64,000 nucleotides of DNA. It comes from Bacteroidia bacterium (lineage in GTDB: Bacteria; Bacteroidota; Bacteroidia; AKYH767-A; OLB10). Positions within the stretch are counted from its first letter, which is position 1. Every line of letters starts with the position of its first letter. The stretch spans positions 41,377-105,376 of the forward strand of contig JADLBQ010000045.1 in NCBI GenBank assembly GCA_020847635.1. Reading direction: 5' to 3'. The position numbers and the translations under genes are program-made. Below the pieces are notes generated by a model. It saw nothing but the letters and a program-made list of their open reading frames with translations, did not search any database and was not told where the DNA came from. Of this stretch, positions 9,899 through 18,876 are shown one piece after another.

Positions 9899-10492
9899 TC
9901 AGAATTTAAATGAAACCCCAATGGTTAGATAGGAAACGCCATATCCGGCTTCGGCAAACAAGCCGATGTTTGAAGTAAAGAAATAACGGCCCCCGGCAAA
10001 GGCAGTAAGGCCGGCTGCACTTCCGTAATTGTTGTTTATATTGTAATTTGAATACGGGTCATTATCCTCATATTTATAACTGAGCATATTATATGACAAC
10101 AGGATACCTCCATAAAGATCAAACTGGTCGTTTTCTAATGCAGTGTAATGAAATGCCGAACGAATTCCAATAATCGTATAATTCCACTTTTGTGAATAAG
10201 TATAACTGGAATAGTAAGTTCCGGAATTTTTATAACTCTTAATTCCGGCATAAGCTCCCAGGCTGATAAGCCCGACATCGCCTGCTTCCCACAGCATCCG
10301 CTCATAATTGAGGCTCAGGCCAGGTGTCTGGGAGCCATAAGTGAATCCGCCAAAACGACCTCCTAGGCCAATTCCGCCATTGATTATGTTCATACCGGTT
10401 TCAATTGCCTGGCCGTTCAGTTGAGTGGCACACACCATCAAGACGGCTATGAGCTGAAGCTTGTGATTAAGATGGATTGATTTGATAAGCAT
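9899..10492 (-). CDS. Small outer-membrane beta-barrel protein
   Basis: A signal peptide begins at the ATG at 10492. The sequence has alternating Gly/aromatic beta-strand patterns. The terminal ..GVSFKF ends in Phe, as in OMPs. Confidence 0.65.
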   Translation of the reverse strand: MLIKSIHLNHKLQLIAVLMVCATQLNGQAIETGMNIINGGIGLGGRFGGFTYGSQTPGLSLNYERMLWEAGDVGLISLGAYAGIKSYKNSGTYYSSYTYSQKWNYTIIGIRSAFHYTALENDQFDLYGGILLSYNMLSYKYEDNDPYSNYNINNNYGSAAGLTAFAGGRYFFTSNIGLFAEAGYGVSYLTIGVSFKF

Positions 10493-10548
10493 GGTTATTT
10501 TGAGACTACAAGAGTACAATGGTTTTTCCTTCTTAAAATGTCCGATGA

Positions 10549-10563
10549 GTATCTGTCAGATAC
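10549..10563. repeat. Inverted repeat GTATCTG-T-CAGATAC in a divergent intergenic region
   Basis: The arms are a perfect 7-bp match, read directly from the sequence. It lies between the envelope operon and the TPR-kinase operon. Confidence 0.5.
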
Positions 10564-10651
10564 GGGTTAGAATACGCCCGATTCGGATGAGTAAACGCAC
10601 CTTTTTAAACAGCCTGATTTACTTTCTTTGTTGCTTCTGAATTATTTCCGG

Positions 10652-12763
10652 ATGAAACGGATACTGCTACTTAACCTGATTTGTTTTGGCACGCTTGGGC
10701 TACAGGCACAAATCCGATTAGCAGATTCGCTGAAGCAGGTATTAAATCAACATACTGAGAAGGATACTCAGAAAGTGATGCTGTATAATGTAATTGCGTA
10801 TGAGTTATCAAAGAGTCATCCTGAATCAGGGTTATTGTATGCCGATTCAGCAATCGCAGTGGCACGGTCAATCCGAAATCTGAAATTGGAGAAAAGGGGA
10901 TGGGGAAACAAAGCGATCAATTATTCGGCTATCGGACAAGATTCTCTGGCAATGATCATTTACCTGAGACTACTTGAATATTATGACACTGCTAATGATA
11001 ATTTTGAAAAAGCCAATATCTATCATCGGATCAGTATCCTTAATTTTAATCAGGCTGATTATATCTCAGCTCTGAATTATCTCACCAAGGCACTTAACAT
11101 ATTTATTCAATATCCGGATTCTGAAAAAATTGCCGGATGTTACAATAGTATCGGAGTCAACCACATGCGGCTTGGTAATTATCCTGAGGCGATAGATTAT
11201 TTCTTAAAAGCAAAACTCATTTATGAGAAGAATAATAACAGGGAACAGACAGCCATGGTTCTCTCCAACATCGGATTGGTATATCAATACATGGACGAGC
11301 CGCTTAAAGATTTAGAATACCAGAGAGCAGCCTTATCTGTTTATTCAGAATTAGACCTAAAGCAGGGTATTATTAATTGCCTGGGAAATATCGGTAATAC
11401 GTATGATAACCTTGACAGTCTTGACCTGGCACTGAGTTTCTACAGGCAATCCGTTGAGTTAGCTAAGAAATATCATTTTCCAAGAAATATAGCCAGTGGA
11501 TTAACAAATAGTGCTGGGGTTTTTATTCAACAAAAGGCTTACAGAAAAGCATTTGATGCATTAACCGAAGCAATTTCATTTTATGAAAGATCAGGCGATC
11601 ATTCGGCTGTCTCAGTTGCCTATTCTTTCCTTGCTGATTTGTTTACTGAAGCCTCTGCTGCTGACCTGAAGAAATCAGGTTTTCAGGTTACAGATAAGGA
11701 TAAACTTGCCCGGAAATATTACTATTCTGCCCTAGAAGCAGCCGGGAAGGCAAAAGATAAAACAAAAATTTACCATGCGTTGATTGCACTGAGCAACTAT
11801 TATAAAGAAAAATCAGATTATCAGAATTCGTTGTATTTATATGAGCGAGCAATGTCACTCCGGGACAGTATCCAGAATGACCGGAAGAAAAGAGAAATTG
11901 AACGATTGCAACTGCAGGCAGAATTCGATAAGAGGGAAGCCTTATTGCTTGCCGAACACAGTAAGGAAACTGCCGCTGTTGAAGCCGAGATTCAGCGAGT
12001 AAAACTCATGAGAACTTTCATTGCCGGAATGGGTGTCTTGGCAGTTGCCGGAGGCTTATTAGTTTTTATTCAATATAAAAAAAGAAGAGATATCAGTGAA
12101 AGCAAGCATAACGCTGAATTGAGAGCTGAAATGACTGAAATGGAAATGAAAGCTCTTCGTTCACAAATGAATCCTCATTTTATTTTTAATGCTTTAAATT
12201 CCATCAATGATTCAATTCAGAAACTGGATGCTGAGAAAGCATCCTTATTTACAATTCGTTTTGGCAGGCTGATGAGAATGATTTTAGAGAATTCTGAACA
12301 TAAGGAAGTACCATTAGTTGATGATCTGGCTGCTCTGGACATGTACCTTCAGGTAGAAAGACTCCGACTCAATGACAAGTTCGATTACACTATTCTGGTG
12401 GATTCATCAATTAACCAGAGTTCAGTACTGATACCCCCCCTGCTGTTACAGCCCTTTGCCGAAAACAGCATCTGGCATGGAATCTCATCAAAACCGGAAA
12501 GAGGGCAAATCACAATTACCATAGACAGAGTGGGTGAGATGATGCGCTGCTGCATTGAAGATGATGGTATTGGCAGAATGAATCAGAACTTATCCGGAAC
12601 TGGCAATGGCAGGCGATCACTTGGAATTAAAATAACAGAACACCGCATCAGTTTATTAAACCGAACGAGAAATACACAGGCAACTTATTTTATAACTGAC
12701 CTTCAAAACGGAGTTAGAGCAGAAATTTTGTTACCGTTAATATATGATGAACTTATTACTTAA
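10652..12763 (+). CDS. TPR-repeat sensor histidine kinase (LytS/YehU-type, PF06580-like)
   Basis: Order of parts: signal peptide, about 430 aa of TPR-like repeats, a coiled coil, one TM helix (FIAGMGVLAVAGGLLVFIQY), the H-box region MNPHFIFNALNSI, and the N-box PFAENSIWHG. The ATG at 10652 is preferred over the TTG at 10628. Confidence 0.85.
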   Translation: MKRILLLNLICFGTLGLQAQIRLADSLKQVLNQHTEKDTQKVMLYNVIAYELSKSHPESGLLYADSAIAVARSIRNLKLEKRGWGNKAINYSAIGQDSLAMIIYLRLLEYYDTANDNFEKANIYHRISILNFNQADYISALNYLTKALNIFIQYPDSEKIAGCYNSIGVNHMRLGNYPEAIDYFLKAKLIYEKNNNREQTAMVLSNIGLVYQYMDEPLKDLEYQRAALSVYSELDLKQGIINCLGNIGNTYDNLDSLDLALSFYRQSVELAKKYHFPRNIASGLTNSAGVFIQQKAYRKAFDALTEAISFYERSGDHSAVSVAYSFLADLFTEASAADLKKSGFQVTDKDKLARKYYYSALEAAGKAKDKTKIYHALIALSNYYKEKSDYQNSLYLYERAMSLRDSIQNDRKKREIERLQLQAEFDKREALLLAEHSKETAAVEAEIQRVKLMRTFIAGMGVLAVAGGLLVFIQYKKRRDISESKHNAELRAEMTEMEMKALRSQMNPHFIFNALNSINDSIQKLDAEKASLFTIRFGRLMRMILENSEHKEVPLVDDLAALDMYLQVERLRLNDKFDYTILVDSSINQSSVLIPPLLLQPFAENSIWHGISSKPERGQITITIDRVGEMMRCCIEDDGIGRMNQNLSGTGNGRRSLGIKITEHRISLLNRTRNTQATYFITDLQNGVRAEILLPLIYDELIT

Positions 12764-12774
12764 CCGAAAACCTG

Positions 12775-13524
12775 ATGATTCCGGCAATTATTATTGATGA
12801 TGAGCAGCATTGTATTAACCATTTAGTAAAGCTGCTCAAGGACTACTATCAGGATATTTTTGTTTGCGGTATGTTTAAAAGTGTGGATGATGGAATTGAA
12901 GGGATTCTGAACCTGAAGCCTCAGTTGCTCTTTTTAGATATTCAGATTGGGACGGACAATGCGTTTAATCTGCTGAACCGGATTAAAAATAGAAATTTTG
13001 AAGTCATTTTTACTACGGCATTTGACCGGTTTGCTGTTCAGGCAATTAAATGCAGTGCTTTAGATTATCTTCTGAAACCAATTGACAGGGAAGAACTGCA
13101 GTGGGCAATAAAAAAAATGCAGCAAAGGCAGCCTGATCAGCAGTATGGAGAGCAGATAAGCACCCTTTTGCACAACCTTAAAACAGTTAACCAGAATAAT
13201 CAGCGGATTTGTGTTCCGGTACTGAACGGATTGACATTCCTGAATGTAAGTGAAATTGTCAGGTTAAAGAGTGACTCAAATTATACTCAGATTTTCATGA
13301 AAGATGGTAAAACAATGATGGTTTCAAAGACCTTGAAAGAGTTTGATGAGTTATTATCCGCACAAAACTTTTTTAGAGTGCATCAGTCACATCTGATTAA
13401 CCTGGCTTTTATCAGTCAATATACAAAAGGCCAGGGTGGATTTGTGACCATGACGGATGGATCAGAAATCGAAGTCAGTATCCGAAAGAAGGAAGCATTC
13501 TTAAAGCTGGTTCTGAACCGTTGA
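12775..13524 (+). CDS. LytTR-family DNA-binding response regulator
   Basis: The receiver has IIIDDE and LFLDIQI (Asp acceptor). The C-terminal LytTR domain shows ..VSEIVRLKSDSNYTQIFM..FFRVHQSHLINL. Confidence 0.9.
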   Translation: MIPAIIIDDEQHCINHLVKLLKDYYQDIFVCGMFKSVDDGIEGILNLKPQLLFLDIQIGTDNAFNLLNRIKNRNFEVIFTTAFDRFAVQAIKCSALDYLLKPIDREELQWAIKKMQQRQPDQQYGEQISTLLHNLKTVNQNNQRICVPVLNGLTFLNVSEIVRLKSDSNYTQIFMKDGKTMMVSKTLKEFDELLSAQNFFRVHQSHLINLAFISQYTKGQGGFVTMTDGSEIEVSIRKKEAFLKLVLNR

Positions 13525-13570
13525 GTGAGCCTGGTATTATTATTAACTTTGTCAATTCAACAGTTGTTCT

Positions 13571-14077
13571 ATGTACACTGAAAACGAATTTAAAATTTCA
13601 TTAATAGATGATGAACCGGATTACCTTGAGAAGCTGAAATCATTTTTGATCAGTCATTATCCCAAGTCTCAGATTTCTATTTATAATTCAGGTGAAGAGG
13701 CAATTGCCAATATTTTTGAGCAGCCGGATTTAATCATCCTTGATTACCAGCTCGATTCAATCAATCCGGTAGCTATGAATGGTATCCAGGTGCTGCAAAA
13801 ACTGAAACAGAAATTTGCTGAAACTCCGGTGGTGTTTATCAGCCTGAGTGAGAATCCTGAAATTGCTGCACATACAATAAAATTTGGTGCTTATGATTAT
13901 CTGGTTAAAGGGGAGCATACCTTTCAAAAGGCAGAGATCCTGCTTAATAATATTTTTTCGCACGGAACCATCAGAAAGAATCTGAAATCTCAGAAATTTT
14001 TTAATCGCCTGTTGGTTTTACTGCTGGTTGGTTTATTTGTCTGGATTCTGATTATGGCATTCGGTGGATCGCTGTAA
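13571..14077 (+). CDS. Receiver-only response regulator with a C-terminal transmembrane anchor
   Basis: REC motifs are intact: LIDDE, LIILDYQL, VVFISLS and KFGAYDYLVK. The tail LLVLLLVGLFVWILIMAFGG is hydrophobic. No output domain is present. Confidence 0.8.
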   Translation: MYTENEFKISLIDDEPDYLEKLKSFLISHYPKSQISIYNSGEEAIANIFEQPDLIILDYQLDSINPVAMNGIQVLQKLKQKFAETPVVFISLSENPEIAAHTIKFGAYDYLVKGEHTFQKAEILLNNIFSHGTIRKNLKSQKFFNRLLVLLLVGLFVWILIMAFGGSL

Positions 14078-14808
14078 TGAATCTTCCGCCTCCACATTTG
14101 CTTTCAAAAACTTCTTATCTGCAAAGCCTGCAGTGCGAGAAATCATTATATCTCTATAAGTACCATTATAAAAAGCGAGACCCGGTTTCGCCTGAGCTGT
14201 TTCAACGATTTCAAAAAGGTCATGTTATCGGCAAGCTGGCACAAGAAAAATTTCCGGGAGGAATTAGCTGCCAGCCGGAATTTCCGTCTGACTTTAGGAA
14301 GAGTATTGTTTATACGCAACAATTAATTTCTGAAAAATTCCCGGTCATTTATGAGCCTGCCTTTCAGTTTAAAAGAGCTTTGGTAGCAACCGATTTGTTG
14401 GTTCTAAAAAACAACAAATACACTGCTTATGAAGTGAAAAGCTCAGTAGAAATTTCGGAAGTATACCTTAAGGATGCGGCCATGCAGTACTACATCATTC
14501 TTAATAGCGGGCTTGAGATTGATGATTTTGTTTTGATTCACCTGAACCGACCGGTGAATGAGGCACTCCAGTCAAAGGCAGAAATTTTTACAGAAACAAG
14601 TGTGAAAGAATATTGCATTAATAATCTTGAATATACTTCAAAAATGATAGATAATGCACTAAAAATCATATCAATAAGAAGATTACCTGAAGTGAAAACA
14701 GGGTTTCATTGCATAGAGCCTTATCGGTGTCTGTTCTATCAGTTTTGTCATTCCCCAGAACTTCAGAATCGTTCATCGGACGGCTTAACTTTGAGCCTGG
14801 GTTTTTGA
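14077..14808 (+). CDS. Cas4/RecB-like PD-(D/E)XK nuclease with four-Cys cluster (DUF2779-like N-terminal module)
   Basis: The N-terminus LSKTSYLQSLQCEKSLYLY resembles DUF2779. The nuclease core is TDLLVL...YEVKSS. The C-terminus has C-x5-C-x5-C (HCIEPYRCLFYQFC). The start overlaps the upstream stop (TAATG). Confidence 0.6.
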   Translation: MNLPPPHLLSKTSYLQSLQCEKSLYLYKYHYKKRDPVSPELFQRFQKGHVIGKLAQEKFPGGISCQPEFPSDFRKSIVYTQQLISEKFPVIYEPAFQFKRALVATDLLVLKNNKYTAYEVKSSVEISEVYLKDAAMQYYIILNSGLEIDDFVLIHLNRPVNEALQSKAEIFTETSVKEYCINNLEYTSKMIDNALKIISIRRLPEVKTGFHCIEPYRCLFYQFCHSPELQNRSSDGLTLSLGF

Positions 14809-14847
14809 ATTTTACTGGAATGCTAAATGCAATCAACTGGTTTTTTA

Positions 14848-16185
14848 TCAGGCATTTCCTGCCGGAACTAATGAAAACTCTTCATAGCCGTTCACTACTT
14901 TTCTGGCAGCATTATCCCAGTTAATATGAGTCAGACTTTTATTTGTATCTTCAATAACTCTTTTTCTTAGTAATTCATCAGTCAGTAGGGAAACAATATA
15001 TTGAGATGCTTTATTAATGTCCCAGAAATCAAACTTCAGGGCATGCGGCAAAACCTCTGAAACACCCGATTGTTTTGAAATCACAACAGGAACTCCAAAC
15101 TGGGCAGCTTCAACAGCTGATAATCCGAAAGGTTCACTAACTGAAGGCATGCAATAGACATCAGCCATTGATAGCAACTGATGGACTTTGTCCATAGTGA
15201 GGAATCCGGTAAGGTGAAAGCGGTTGCCAATATGCCTGAATGCACTTTTATCTATCAGTTGTTGAAAGCTGTCGCCCTGACCGGCCATTACAAATCGGAT
15301 ATCTGGATAATATTCCAGGACACGGGTTGCAATCTCAAGAAAAAATTCGGGTCCTTTTTGCCGGGTAAGCCTTCCAACAAATAATACCATTTTCTCATCA
15401 AATGGTTTTTTAGATTTATAAGGTTCAACCGGTCGGATTCCATTATGGACCGGCCATATTTTTGCAGGATTAATGAAGTAATGAGTCTTAATTACCTGGG
15501 CAGTAAAATTACTTACCGGCATCAATAAATCAGCAATCTCCATTCCCCGTTTTTCAAGCTGATAAACCCATCCTTTACTAGCAGCTCCGCTACGATCAAC
15601 TTCGAGTGAGTGAATATGCATAACCAGTGGCTTACCGGTCTTTGCTTTAATTTCCATTCCGGCAATCATGGTCATCCAGTCATGTGCATGAATAATATCA
15701 AAATCCATATTCATTGCAATTCGGGTTGCAATCTTGCCAAACACCTGCACTTTCTCAATAACATCGCCCCCATACAAATCATCAATACTGAAAACACTGA
15801 ACTGCTGCCCTTCAATTTCGATATTGCGGATATATTGACTTCTGATTTCCTCACCCTGAAATACAGAAGGTTCGGGAGCTGAATAATATGGGTTCAGATT
15901 TGAGTCTATAAAATGTACATCTTCAAGTTTGCTGTATTCATTTACATGATTGATGTATTTCAGTGTTCGGGTATCAATTGTATCAAGACCTATTAACTCA
16001 AGATTCTTGATTTTGAATCCGGGATTTGACTTCGGAATAATCATGGTGACCCGTGCATAATCAGCCATGGCCATACAAAGGTCATGGCATGCCACACCTA
16101 GCCCGCCATTAATAACCGGAGGAAATTCCCAACCAAGCATTAAAACACGAGGTCTGGAAGGCTTCAAGGTTGTTGATTTATTCAT
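14848..16185 (-). CDS. Glycogen/alpha-glucan synthase-like glycosyltransferase (GT4/GT5)
   Basis: RVLMLGWEFPPVINGGLGVAC is typical of glycogen-synthase-like GTs. The C-terminal GT1 motif is PSVSEPFGLSAVEA. Confidence 0.75.
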   Translation of the reverse strand: MNKSTTLKPSRPRVLMLGWEFPPVINGGLGVACHDLCMAMADYARVTMIIPKSNPGFKIKNLELIGLDTIDTRTLKYINHVNEYSKLEDVHFIDSNLNPYYSAPEPSVFQGEEIRSQYIRNIEIEGQQFSVFSIDDLYGGDVIEKVQVFGKIATRIAMNMDFDIIHAHDWMTMIAGMEIKAKTGKPLVMHIHSLEVDRSGAASKGWVYQLEKRGMEIADLLMPVSNFTAQVIKTHYFINPAKIWPVHNGIRPVEPYKSKKPFDEKMVLFVGRLTRQKGPEFFLEIATRVLEYYPDIRFVMAGQGDSFQQLIDKSAFRHIGNRFHLTGFLTMDKVHQLLSMADVYCMPSVSEPFGLSAVEAAQFGVPVVISKQSGVSEVLPHALKFDFWDINKASQYIVSLLTDELLRKRVIEDTNKSLTHINWDNAARKVVNGYEEFSLVPAGNA

Positions 16186-16197
16186 TGATCAGAACTG

Positions 16198-16205
16198 CAA
16201 ATGTA
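16198..16205 (-). promoter_or_regulatory. Candidate Bacteroidota -7 promoter box (TACATTTG on the minus strand)
   Basis: It matches TAnnTTTG exactly, 12 nt upstream of the glycosyltransferase ATG. Confidence 0.35.
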
Positions 16206-16377
16206 CTTACTATTGCTTCATATTTGCGATGAATCTAATAAGACTAAACTGATTTTGGCTGATGAAATATTTTTTAAACTTTATTGTTTCAGGGCTGTTC
16301 TTTGAGCGCTGTTATTTTAATATTCTTGATCTTATTTTCTTAACCAACCAAAATCCACTTTAAGAGTAAAATGCTTC

Positions 16378-18753
16378 ATGGAAGTTTCAAATAAACAGAC
16401 TCCTTCAAAAGATTATCCCGGTGCAGTTAAACAGTTTATTGCCAATTCGCATGTTTTTGAGTTTGTTGCTGTTAATGCCAGACTGCACGTTTATGTGCTG
16501 ACGGATAAGGTATTCCGTTTCAGATATACCCCTGAAGTTTTTCATAAGGATTTCTCATACGCGATTGATCCTGCTTTTAAACCCTCCGTTTCAAGGGTTT
16601 CAGTAAAAGAGAATGAAGACTCTTTTCTTATCACCACTCTTGCATTAAGAGTTAAAATTTCAAAAAAGAATCTTGAAGTTTTAATTGAAGATTTAAATGG
16701 GAATATACTCAGTGAAGATATCGGTGGATATCACTTTGAGCCTAACCAGGGATTCGGAGGTTACTATGTTTATTGTAGTAAAAGAATTCTGGAAGATGAA
16801 TGCTTTTACGGATTAGGCGATAAATCAAGTAATCTGAATCTGAGGGGAAGGAGATTTCTGAACTGGGGAACAGATACGTATGGATTCGCAAAGGAACAGG
16901 ATCCGCTCTACAAGAATATTCCCTTCTTCTATGGTTTAACTAAAGGCAAGGGATATGGGATTTTCTTTGATAATACATTCCAGACCTTTTTTGATTTCGG
17001 ATTTGAAAATCCGGAAGTTCTCAGTTTCTGGGCTGAGGGAGGTGAAATGAATTACTATTTTATTTATGGACCTGAACTGATATCTGTTGCTGAACAATAC
17101 ACAGACCTGACCGGCCGGCCCGAACTGGCACCGCTCTGGTCTTTGGGATATCAACAAAGCAAATGGAGTTATTCGCCCGAATCAAAAGTCAGGGAAGTTG
17201 CTCAACAATTCCGTTCTCGTAAAATTCCATGTGATGTTATTCATCTGGATATTGATTACATGGATGGCTACCGTTGTTTTACCTGGGATAATGAGCGGTT
17301 TCCTGATCCTGCCAAACTCATTCAAGACCTTGAAAAGGATGGGTTTAAGATTGTTACCATCATTGACCCGGGCATTAAAATTGACACTGATTATTTTGTG
17401 TATCAGCAAGGAATAGAAAATGCTTATTTCTGCCGGAGGCAGGATGGCGACCTCATGCGTGGAAAGGTTTGGCCGGGCGAGTGTCACTTTCCTGATTTTA
17501 CTCATCCGGATGTACGCAACTGGTGGGCTGGTTTATGCAGTAACTTGACCCGTTATGGAGTAGCCGGAATATGGAACGATATGAATGAACCGGCTGTTTT
17601 TGAATCAGGTACTTTCCCTGATGATGTAAGGCACTACTATGAAGGACTTGATGTTTCGCACCGGAGAACGCATAATGTATATGGAATGCAAATGGCCCGG
17701 GCTTCTTATGAAGGAATGAAAAAACAGCTTCCTGAGAAAAGACCTTTTGTAATTACCCGGAGTGGCTATAGCGGAGTGCAGCGTTACGCAAGTGTATGGA
17801 CGGGTGATAATGTTGCCAGTTGGGAGCATCTTTGGATTGGAAATATCCAGTGCCAGCGAATGAGTGTTTCAGGAGTTTCTTTTATTGGAACCGACATTGG
17901 CGGATTTATTGGTGAACCCGATGGTGAATTGTTTGTCAGGTACATTCAAATGGCAGTATTTCACCTGTTTTTCAGGGGTCACTCATCCGCAGATCAAGGC
18001 GACAAAGAACCGTGGGCTTTTGGGAAAAAATATGAAGGCTATATTCGTAAAACCATTGAACTACGCTATCGGCTGTTGCCTTACATTTATAGTACTTTCT
18101 GGCAATATGTATCAAAAGGTACTCCAGCCATCCGGCCGCTTGCATTTATTGATCAGCATGACTCGCATACTTTATTGAGAAATGAAGAATTTGGTTTTGG
18201 AGATCATATGTTGATTTGTCCAATTGGCAAGCCTGACGTTACCGGACGAAAAGTTTATTTACCAAAAGGGAAATGGGTTAATTACTTTACTCAACAGGAA
18301 ATTGAAGGAGGTCAGGAAATTTGGGTGGAAGTGCAGCCGGATACTTTCCCATTATTTGTCCGGAGCGGAGCTGTTATTGCACATGCAGAAGTTGCTCAGC
18401 ATACATCAGATCTGAATAAAACAGAAATGCAGCTGCACATTTATTATTCAGCTTCACGATATCATTCCTGGCTTTATGAAGATGAAGGCGAAGGCTATGC
18501 ATATACTAAAGGGAGATTTTCGGTAAAAAAGTTTTCAGTGTTTGGAAATAAAAGACAAATGAGAGTGCTCCAGGAAAAATTCGGGTCTTATCAGGCAGGA
18601 AGTTCCGAATACGGAATCCATATCCACTCACTTCCGTTTAAACCACGCAGAGTGATGATTGACGGACAGATTATTAAACTGGCTCCCCGAAGACGAGAAA
18701 AATCAGTCTTTTTTAAAGCTCCGGTAACTTTTAAACGAATTGAGATCCATTAG
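16378..18753 (+). CDS. GH31 alpha-glucosidase
   Basis: The catalytic-region motifs GIWNDMNEP and WTGDN are present. Length (791 aa) fits GH31. Confidence 0.9.
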   Translation: MEVSNKQTPSKDYPGAVKQFIANSHVFEFVAVNARLHVYVLTDKVFRFRYTPEVFHKDFSYAIDPAFKPSVSRVSVKENEDSFLITTLALRVKISKKNLEVLIEDLNGNILSEDIGGYHFEPNQGFGGYYVYCSKRILEDECFYGLGDKSSNLNLRGRRFLNWGTDTYGFAKEQDPLYKNIPFFYGLTKGKGYGIFFDNTFQTFFDFGFENPEVLSFWAEGGEMNYYFIYGPELISVAEQYTDLTGRPELAPLWSLGYQQSKWSYSPESKVREVAQQFRSRKIPCDVIHLDIDYMDGYRCFTWDNERFPDPAKLIQDLEKDGFKIVTIIDPGIKIDTDYFVYQQGIENAYFCRRQDGDLMRGKVWPGECHFPDFTHPDVRNWWAGLCSNLTRYGVAGIWNDMNEPAVFESGTFPDDVRHYYEGLDVSHRRTHNVYGMQMARASYEGMKKQLPEKRPFVITRSGYSGVQRYASVWTGDNVASWEHLWIGNIQCQRMSVSGVSFIGTDIGGFIGEPDGELFVRYIQMAVFHLFFRGHSSADQGDKEPWAFGKKYEGYIRKTIELRYRLLPYIYSTFWQYVSKGTPAIRPLAFIDQHDSHTLLRNEEFGFGDHMLICPIGKPDVTGRKVYLPKGKWVNYFTQQEIEGGQEIWVEVQPDTFPLFVRSGAVIAHAEVAQHTSDLNKTEMQLHIYYSASRYHSWLYEDEGEGYAYTKGRFSVKKFSVFGNKRQMRVLQEKFGSYQAGSSEYGIHIHSLPFKPRRVMIDGQIIKLAPRRREKSVFFKAPVTFKRIEIH

Positions 18754-18876
18754 ATTTTAGTGTGAAAGTCAGATTCCTGCTAGATGGAACCCCTCCGGAT
18801 AAGATTAGCATCTGCTCTCTGATGTTGCAAACATTAGCCTGATTCAACTGTTTGGTTAACATTGCATCAATTCAAC

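Noticed and set aside
12434-12440. A C7 homopolymer inside the TPR-kinase gene as a possible phase-variation tract
   Set aside because: The tract is short and encodes the conserved IPPLLLQPF segment of the kinase, and the gene is intact. There is no evidence for slippage.
14077-14808. The DUF2779-like gene might be a truncated pseudogene, since it is shorter than typical family members
   Set aside because: The ORF is uninterrupted and keeps the N-terminal motif, the D..EVK core and all four Cys. It ends 39 nt before a convergent gene, with no downstream remnant.
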